A DNA stretch of 64,000 bases from positions 1,376,001 to 1,440,000 of the forward strand of contig CBDCJH010000002.1 of assembly GCA_965217775.1 (NCBI GenBank). The letters run 5' to 3'. This DNA is from Acidobacteriota bacterium (GTDB lineage: Bacteria; Acidobacteriota; UBA6911; RPQK01; JAJDTT01). Under the pieces are notes generated by a model. That model was not told the DNA's origin. It saw only the letters and a program-made list of their open reading frames with translations, and made no database searches. Positions 57,739 to 64,000 of the stretch are shown here, one piece after another; the stretch's first letter is position 1; each line of letters starts with the position of its first letter. The translations under genes and the position numbers were made by a program.

Positions 57739-58524
57739 GTGACAGGCCAATTGGAATCGGGACGACTGGCGGGGAAGCGGGCGCTGGTCACCGGAGCCGC
57801 AGCCGGCCTCGGGGAGGCCATCGCCCGCCGTTTCGCCGGGGAGGGGGCGCGGGTCGTCGTCGTCGATATCCAGGAGCGGGCTTCACACCAGGTCGTCGAA
57901 TCGATTCGCGAACAGGGCGGGGAAGCTCATACGGTGGTGGGTGACGTGGGATCGTCGATCCAGGTGGAGCGCGTCGTATCCGCGGCCCACGCTCTGCTGG
58001 AGGGCATCGACATCCTGGTCAACAACGCGGGAGTCATCCCTTCTCGCGAAACCGTGCTCGACACCCGGGAGGAGGATTGGGACGAGACCCTCCGCGTCAA
58101 TGCCAAGGGCGTCTTCCTCATGAGCCGGGCCATCATTCCGGGAATGATCCGGCAGGGTGGAGGCGCCATCGTCAACATGTCGTCGGTGGCAGGTCTGGTC
58201 GGCCTGCCGATCCGACCGGCGTACGGAGCGTCGAAAGGAGCCGTCTCCATCCTGACCCGGCAAATGGCCGTCGATTTCGGCAAGCACAACATCCGGGTCA
58301 ATGCCATCAATCCCTCCTTCGTGATCACCGACATCAACCGGGAGATGTTTCGCCGTCTCAAGGAGGACACGGCCGCGTGGACGGAAATGATTCAGCAGCA
58401 CCCTCTGGGACGGCTGGGCGAACCGGGAGACGTGGCCGATGCCGCCGTCTACCTGGCCTCGGACGAAGCCCGTTGGGTCACCGGAGTCCTGCTCCCGGTG
58501 GACGGAGGGTTCACCGCGCGCTGA
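57739..58524 (+). CDS. Classical SDR oxidoreductase
   Basis: TGAAAGLG, NNAG, YGASK, IRVNAI.P and VDGG. Confidence 0.92.
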   Translation: MTGQLESGRLAGKRALVTGAAAGLGEAIARRFAGEGARVVVVDIQERASHQVVESIREQGGEAHTVVGDVGSSIQVERVVSAAHALLEGIDILVNNAGVIPSRETVLDTREEDWDETLRVNAKGVFLMSRAIIPGMIRQGGGAIVNMSSVAGLVGLPIRPAYGASKGAVSILTRQMAVDFGKHNIRVNAINPSFVITDINREMFRRLKEDTAAWTEMIQQHPLGRLGEPGDVADAAVYLASDEARWVTGVLLPVDGGFTAR

Positions 58525-58561
58525 CGAGGACCATTCAACCACCTTGCCAGGAGAAGTAAAG

Positions 58562-59587
58562 ATGCAAGTCGTCGATGTCGAAACCAGGCTGGAGAGCTAC
58601 CGGCGTTCCTGCCGGAAGGGCGCCGATTGGATGTTGGAACGCTTCAATCCGGACGGATCCCTGGGGAACGTTACGGAGCGCAACTACTACTATCGCGTCC
58701 CTTGGGCATTGGCCCTCATGGGTGAGACCGGGGCGGGTCACCGGTTGCTGGACTGGGTCGATCGCAACCGGATCACGCCGGATGGCGCCTTGGACGAGAG
58801 TGCCACCAGTGCAGGACCACAGCTCCGCTACGGCTCATACCCTCTGGCGTGTCTGATCTACGGCGCCAGCCTCCTGGGCCGACTGGATCTGGTGCGGCGT
58901 TGCACCGGGAGTCTGCTCACCTGGCAGGATCCGGAGACCGGCGGTTTTTTCGCCAACTCGCAAGAGGGCGTCAAAGGGGACCAGGAACTGTTCCCCACGT
59001 CCCAAGCCGCCATGACTCTTTCCCTGGTGGGCCGGATTCCCGAGGCGGTGGAGGCCGGCCGCTGGCTCCGGCGCCTCTGGGAACTGCAACCCGACCCGGC
59101 GCACCGCCTTTACGCCGTCTACAGGCGCTCCCAGGGACTGGTTCGCGACTACGATCCAGCGGAGTCGGCGTTCTACGTGACCCTCAAGGACGAGCCCTGG
59201 CAACACCACTTCAACGGCGGAATCGCCGCCGCAGGTCTGCTCCACATCCATGAGGCCACGGGAGAGGACCGTTGGCTCCGGCTGGCCCGCGAATACGAAC
59301 GATTCTCCATGAGCACGGAGGACATCCAGTTCCGCTCCAAGCAGGTGTGCAAGTCGGGCTGGGGTTCAGGCCTGCTGTACGTCGCGACGCGGGAGAACGG
59401 CTATCGGACCTGGACCATGCGCATGGGAGACTGGTTCGTGGAACACCAGTTCGACGACGGCCACTGGGAGAACACCAAGTTCTGGACCCCCAATCCGACG
59501 CTGGGCGACAAGATCATGATCACGGCCGAATTCGTCATGCATCTGGCCAATATAGTTGCCTACCTCTCGGTCAGCCCCGAGCCGTGA
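58562..59587 (+). CDS. Hypothetical protein, probable (alpha/alpha) toroid fold
   Basis: SD AGGAG. QW-like repeats FNPDGS, WQDPETGGF and HQFDDGHW; ATG..RWL..A. Confidence 0.6.
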   Translation: MQVVDVETRLESYRRSCRKGADWMLERFNPDGSLGNVTERNYYYRVPWALALMGETGAGHRLLDWVDRNRITPDGALDESATSAGPQLRYGSYPLACLIYGASLLGRLDLVRRCTGSLLTWQDPETGGFFANSQEGVKGDQELFPTSQAAMTLSLVGRIPEAVEAGRWLRRLWELQPDPAHRLYAVYRRSQGLVRDYDPAESAFYVTLKDEPWQHHFNGGIAAAGLLHIHEATGEDRWLRLAREYERFSMSTEDIQFRSKQVCKSGWGSGLLYVATRENGYRTWTMRMGDWFVEHQFDDGHWENTKFWTPNPTLGDKIMITAEFVMHLANIVAYLSVSPEP

Positions 59588-59616
59588 CGGAGATTTCACC
59601 TGATCCTTCGCCGTCG

Positions 59617-61275
59617 TCACGGGCGCCGAAACTGGAACGCATAGAGGTCCAGATCGCGTAACTCGAAATGGAGCCGGACCGAACGGCCCGCCAGCGAACC
59701 CAGGTCAGATTCGCCGTTCCAGGAAACCTGCCGGTCGATCCGGTTGGTGGTGTGGATCCGGTCGCAGTCTTCCAGGGAGTAGCCTTCCAGGGGCCTGAAG
59801 TCCGAATCCAGGATCGCCACCCGAGCGATACCGGCGGCGGAAGTGTTCAGGTTCAGGACCAGTTCGCTGCCCTGGAACTTCAACAACGGGGTCGTGAATT
59901 CGCCGCCCGAGTAGTCGGCTTGGACGGAGATGAATCCCTCCCGGCGCAGCACCAACCGGCTGATGGCGCTCTTCTCACGAGTGGGAGCCAGATCCGCCTT
60001 TCGGATCAGTCGATTTTCTCGCTCGGTCCAACCCCAGGCGTGCAACATGTCCTTGCCGGAGTAGTAGAGGTACATCTCGCGGCCGTTCAGGGCCGGCACG
60101 ACGCCGTGGACCATGTAGCTGTCCCGAGTGTCGAACTCTCCATCCATCCCCAACTCCACAAAAGGGCGCCGGTCGTAGCGATGCCAGGCGATCCCGTCCC
60201 GGCTGGCGGCAAAGCGGATGTCGTTGGCCCCGGTGTTATGGGGCGTCTTCTCCGTGAACTCGCGCAGGAAACGCCCGTCGTAGTGATAGTAGAGAGAAGG
60301 AAAAGCGTAGTAGGCGTCCTGTGCCCAAGGGTATTTCACGACGATGCTGGTGTAGAAATCGACCACCGGGACCTCGGTCCCGGAGCTGGGGTCGGGGTGG
60401 TGCAGGTCCAGCCGGTCGGTGGACAGCGAGAGGGCCGAATCATCGACGTCGGGAAACAGATCGAGGCGGTGAGACTCGCTGCGGGCGTTGGTCCGGTGTT
60501 GTCCGGGCCCCGGAGTGTTCCGTCTCACATAGGCGACGTACTTTCGGATTCGATCGTCCCAGAAGATGATGTTGTAGGTGTCCAAATGGTGTCTGCGGTC
60601 GTCCCGGTAGCTCAGGACTCGCTCGTAGGTCGGCCGAAAGTGGATCCCATCGGGGGCCGAGTAGACGTTGAGCTGGTTGCGCCCGTTTCCGCGCAACCGG
60701 ACCACCAGACGGAAGCGTTCCCCGGGCGGAGCGTTGGGGTCCAGAAAGACCATCCCGTAGGCCTGCTTCTCGATTCCGGCGGCGCCATGGCCGGCCACGA
60801 TGTTGTTCTTCCGGCTGCCATCGAATTCGACCAGCCCCAGGTTCGGCTTCTCCCAGGTGATCCCATCGCTTGAGCGTGCGTAGCACATGTAGCGGCGCCA
60901 GTCGCTCCGGTCCCTCTCCAGCATCAGGGTATGATGGCCCTTCTCGTCACGGTCGAAATTGGCCAGAGACTCGTACCACATGTGGTGAGTCTCGCCTACT
61001 TTCAGAACCGTGCCGTACAAGCCCACTCGCCGGCTTTCCCACGGGTGTTCCTGGGCGATGGTCATCTCGCCCGTCTTTCGAGGAGGATGAACGCGCAAAC
61101 GAACGCCCTGGGAGGATTCCAGAAATCGATGGTCGATGAAGACCTGGCGGCGGTCACCGATGTCGAGCGCGGATGCGGACTCTCCCCAAGCCGGCGGGGC
61201 CATGAGCAGGAACAACGTCAGGGTGGTGAGCGGACCTCGCAACTCTGATTTCTGAAGCCACTCGAAAGTTGTCAT
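59617..61275 (-). CDS. Secreted beta-propeller glycosidase-like protein (paralogue of 1768..3285)
   Basis: Signal peptide, IG.RRQ.F.D, YARSSDGITWEKPNLG.VEF.GS..NN, LRREGF.S and DLYAFQF. Confidence 0.65.
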   Translation of the reverse strand: MTTFEWLQKSELRGPLTTLTLFLLMAPPAWGESASALDIGDRRQVFIDHRFLESSQGVRLRVHPPRKTGEMTIAQEHPWESRRVGLYGTVLKVGETHHMWYESLANFDRDEKGHHTLMLERDRSDWRRYMCYARSSDGITWEKPNLGLVEFDGSRKNNIVAGHGAAGIEKQAYGMVFLDPNAPPGERFRLVVRLRGNGRNQLNVYSAPDGIHFRPTYERVLSYRDDRRHHLDTYNIIFWDDRIRKYVAYVRRNTPGPGQHRTNARSESHRLDLFPDVDDSALSLSTDRLDLHHPDPSSGTEVPVVDFYTSIVVKYPWAQDAYYAFPSLYYHYDGRFLREFTEKTPHNTGANDIRFAASRDGIAWHRYDRRPFVELGMDGEFDTRDSYMVHGVVPALNGREMYLYYSGKDMLHAWGWTERENRLIRKADLAPTREKSAISRLVLRREGFISVQADYSGGEFTTPLLKFQGSELVLNLNTSAAGIARVAILDSDFRPLEGYSLEDCDRIHTTNRIDRQVSWNGESDLGSLAGRSVRLHFELRDLDLYAFQFRRP

Positions 61276-61302
61276 ATGGGTCCTTTCTGCCGGATTCGCA
61301 GA

Positions 61303-62265
61303 TCAGTTCGACGACGTGGCGCTCAGAATGCGCCAGCGGCCGTTCGCGTCACAGGCCTCGTAGAAGAGCCGAAAGCGGCCATCGTCCAAGTCGATGACAC
61401 ACGGTTCGGAGGCGTGTATCTGGTCCCAGGGACCGCCGATGTCGAGACAGGGCTCCGGGTCCTTGGCCCAGTGCAGTCCGTCGCGGGAGACAGCCGCAAA
61501 AATCCGTCCGTGCATGGGATCGTGGGTCCAGGCGGCGTAGTACATTCGATAGATGCCGCCGGCCAGACGGATCACTTCCGGCGCATACACGGCATAGTCC
61601 TCGAAACGGGTCTCCTGCGGAATGCGCACTCCCGGTTCCAGCTCGAAACGGAGTCCATCTTTCGAGGTGGCGCTCACGATATGGTTCCGGGATCTCAGAC
61701 CCGGCTTCAGAGGATGAGAGTAATGGTGGCAATAGATCCGGTACCGGAGGCCGCCGTTCGAATCCCGGAAATAGAGGCACCGTGGCGAGCCATAGGACCA
61801 CCGGCCGTCGGCGACTCGAATCCCCGGCTCCGGGTCCCAGTCGAGTCCATTTCCCGAGACGGCGCTCAGGACGCTGGTGGGGCCGGACGCGGCCCTGGCC
61901 TCATAGTACATTCGGTACCGTCCGTCCGGCAGCGGAATGACGTCCGGGCAGAGCACCCTGCGGTTCGCGTGAGGAGAGTGGACGTCCAATCGAATCCCCG
62001 GATCCTTGACCCATACCTGGGCGTCATCGGAGCTGGCGCTCAGAATGTAACCTTCGGACTCGGCGACGGGCCGGCCCAGTCCCAGACCCGTGTAGTACAT
62101 GCGGTAGCGTCCATCGGGAAGCCGAATCACGTTGGGCGTGAGAATCTTGGTGGAATCCAAAGGCGTGTCCTGATCCACGGCGATGTGCGCATCCTTGACC
62201 CAGTTGCGCCCCGGATCACGCTCCGCAAAATGCACCGACCGAATGATCTCGGAGATTTGGGCCAT
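61303..62265 (-). CDS. Beta-propeller repeat protein (GH32/43/130-like)
   Basis: About five repeats of P.VI.L.DGRYRMYY...I.SA.S.DG..W..DPG.R. Confidence 0.7.
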   Translation of the reverse strand: MAQISEIIRSVHFAERDPGRNWVKDAHIAVDQDTPLDSTKILTPNVIRLPDGRYRMYYTGLGLGRPVAESEGYILSASSDDAQVWVKDPGIRLDVHSPHANRRVLCPDVIPLPDGRYRMYYEARAASGPTSVLSAVSGNGLDWDPEPGIRVADGRWSYGSPRCLYFRDSNGGLRYRIYCHHYSHPLKPGLRSRNHIVSATSKDGLRFELEPGVRIPQETRFEDYAVYAPEVIRLAGGIYRMYYAAWTHDPMHGRIFAAVSRDGLHWAKDPEPCLDIGGPWDQIHASEPCVIDLDDGRFRLFYEACDANGRWRILSATSSN

Positions 62266-62388
62266 TTGCGCCTCTTGGGCAAGCAGTATTCGCCGGGACG
62301 TGGCAGCGTTCGCCACGAAAGGTCTCCGGGAGGCTACTGAAGCGGGAGCCGTTCTTCAAGCCGATTGCCGGCGCAACGGAATGGGGGG

Positions 62389-63678
62389 CTACCCTTGCGC
62401 GTGACGCCACAACCAGAAACGCCATAACCCGGCGGGAACCAGCGTCAGGACACACATCGCCGCCAGGATTTCCGACACCTTCAGGGACGAGTCCAGAGCC
62501 AGGCCTGTCGCCGTCACGCCGAACGTGGACAGCAGGGTGAAGATGGCGTACTCCGTGGCGAAGACTCGTCCCCGTACTTTTCCCGGGACGGATTGGAGCA
62601 GGAGCTGAGTGGAAAAGACCCAGATGATTCCCCCGCCGATCCCAGCCCAGAGGCCTCCCAGGAGCACGGTTTCCAGGTTGATGAGAAGAGACGAGATCCC
62701 CAGGCCCAGAGCACTCAGGAGATAGCCTGCGAACAGGGCCCGACGCAGCCGGTCAGGCCGGTCCCCGGCCCAGAGGCGGGCAGCGATGGGACCGATTCCC
62801 GTCCCCAGGCCGGCGGCGGAGAAGAGCAGTCCCAGGCTGATTCCGCCGGCTTTGCCCAAGGGAAACAGGCTCCGGCCGATGACCACCTTGACGACCTGGT
62901 ATCCCTGGGAGAAGACCAGCGCCGTGACTCCCTTGTGGAGGGCCGTGACCAGGATCTGCCGGTTGTTCCGAAGGTAGGCGAGACCCTCCAGGTACTGGAC
63001 GGCGGCGGTCTCGAACAAGCCGCGGCCGGAGGAAGAGAGCGCTTCGGGTGTCTTCCGGTACTGTACTCCCAAGAGAATGAGGGCGGAAACCACGAAGCTG
63101 AAGGCATCGATGATGAAGGCGGGATAGATACCCCAAGTCCCGGCAACGAGCCCTCCCAGTGCCGCTCCGAACGCGAGCATCACCGACCAGGTGGTCGCGT
63201 TGATGGCGTTGGCCGTTCCCAGTTCCCTGGAAGAGACGATGTCGGGGAGGATGGCGTTGCGAGCCGGGAAAAAGAAACCACCCAAGGCCAGTTGAATGGC
63301 CGTCAGTGTGTACAGGAGCCAGACGTCCTGCGGATCCCGGACCAGCAGGAAGCCGCACACGGTGACGGCGCGAAACAGGTCGCTCAGGATCAGAACGTGC
63401 TTGCGATTGCATCGGTCGGCGACGACGCCGGCCAACGGGCTGATGAGAAACGGAGCGAGCATTCGTACCGCAAACAGGCCTCCAACCGCGAATCCGGAGC
63501 CGGTGAGCTGGGCCAAAAGGGCAGCCGAGGCGATCAGATTGAACCAGTCGCCCAGCAGGCTCACGATCTGCCCGAACCAGAGATAACGGAAACTGGCGTT
63601 GCCCCGCACCAGTTCCCAATAGCCGCTCGAGGATGTGGAATTGTCCGGCCCGGTCCGAGTCTTCAATCGAGCCGCCAT
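62389..63678 (-). CDS. MFS transporter (DHA3/macrolide efflux-like)
   Basis: FRYLW.GQ.VS.LGDWF, G.VADR.NRK, FF.PA, ANA and RGRVF, with about 12 TMs. Confidence 0.88.
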   Translation of the reverse strand: MAARLKTRTGPDNSTSSSGYWELVRGNASFRYLWFGQIVSLLGDWFNLIASAALLAQLTGSGFAVGGLFAVRMLAPFLISPLAGVVADRCNRKHVLILSDLFRAVTVCGFLLVRDPQDVWLLYTLTAIQLALGGFFFPARNAILPDIVSSRELGTANAINATTWSVMLAFGAALGGLVAGTWGIYPAFIIDAFSFVVSALILLGVQYRKTPEALSSSGRGLFETAAVQYLEGLAYLRNNRQILVTALHKGVTALVFSQGYQVVKVVIGRSLFPLGKAGGISLGLLFSAAGLGTGIGPIAARLWAGDRPDRLRRALFAGYLLSALGLGISSLLINLETVLLGGLWAGIGGGIIWVFSTQLLLQSVPGKVRGRVFATEYAIFTLLSTFGVTATGLALDSSLKVSEILAAMCVLTLVPAGLWRFWLWRHAQG

Positions 63679-64000
63679 GGATCACGCTCGAACAATTCCC
63701 GCCGGTCTCGCACCAAACCCACGCGAACGGAACGGACATCCTGTGCTGGAGGCCGGCTCCGGGTCCAACCCGCTTTGCGCATCTCATCCAGGATCCGTCC
63801 GGCGACATGGGCGTGCCCGTCCGGGCTGAAATGGCTGTCGGTGAGAAAGAACTCCTCAACCGGCATCGTACTGGATTCGATGCTCCGGCGAACCGAGATC
63901 ACGGTCGCTCCCAGATCCTCCAAAACTCCTTCAACCCGGTTTGTTCCATAACCAGGATCCAATTCTTCGGGTTTCCCGCGCGAGTATTGGGGCCAGAGCT
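63663..64000 (-). CDS. C-terminal part of an SGNH/AlgX-like hydrolase (runs off the window end)
   Basis: Frame is open to the window edge and contains D.HFSPDGH..VA..I. Confidence 0.55.
   Translation of the reverse strand, partial: LWPQYSRGKPEELDPGYGTNRVEGVLEDLGATVISVRRSIESSTMPVEEFFLTDSHFSPDGHAHVAGRILDEMRKAGWTRSRPPAQDVRSVRVGLVRDRRELFERDPWRLD

Overview
GC-rich bacterial chromosomal window. The gene order (lolC/E-lolD-clpC-bamA-skp-lpxD-fabZ-lpxA-lpxI; giant lptC/A-lptB-rpoN-hprK-PTS) suggests Acidobacteriota, which is an inference. Bases 1-45.7 kb are mostly housekeeping and envelope genes: an ECF sigma with a vWA-fused anti-sigma, moaD/moaE/mogA, nfeD-SPFH, lnt, frameshifted prfB, recJ, Lpt, rpoN, a regulatory PTS, ribH, nusB, lysS, Lol, clpC, Bam, lipid A genes, miaA, gatB and tRNA-Leu(CAG). 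At 45.77-50.99 kb is a nested mobile-element stack. An IS481-family element sits in the loop of a GTAG-type REP with a 7-bp duplication. It carries a rearranged IS21 relic with three ends and two perfect palindromes, plus an intact IS1380 inserted into its right end with a 5-bp duplication. Bases 51-64 kb hold accessory redox and carbohydrate-active genes, an amt gene and a divergent lgt. Intergenic spaces carry two ~158-bp MITE families with an ERIC-like core, which sit at stop codons and are nested in each other once, plus hybrid REP doublets. Several genes look leaderless. No CRISPR array, rRNA or prophage was seen, and no single new multi-gene system can be proven from the sequence alone. 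All family assignments come from reading motifs by eye; no database searches were run.
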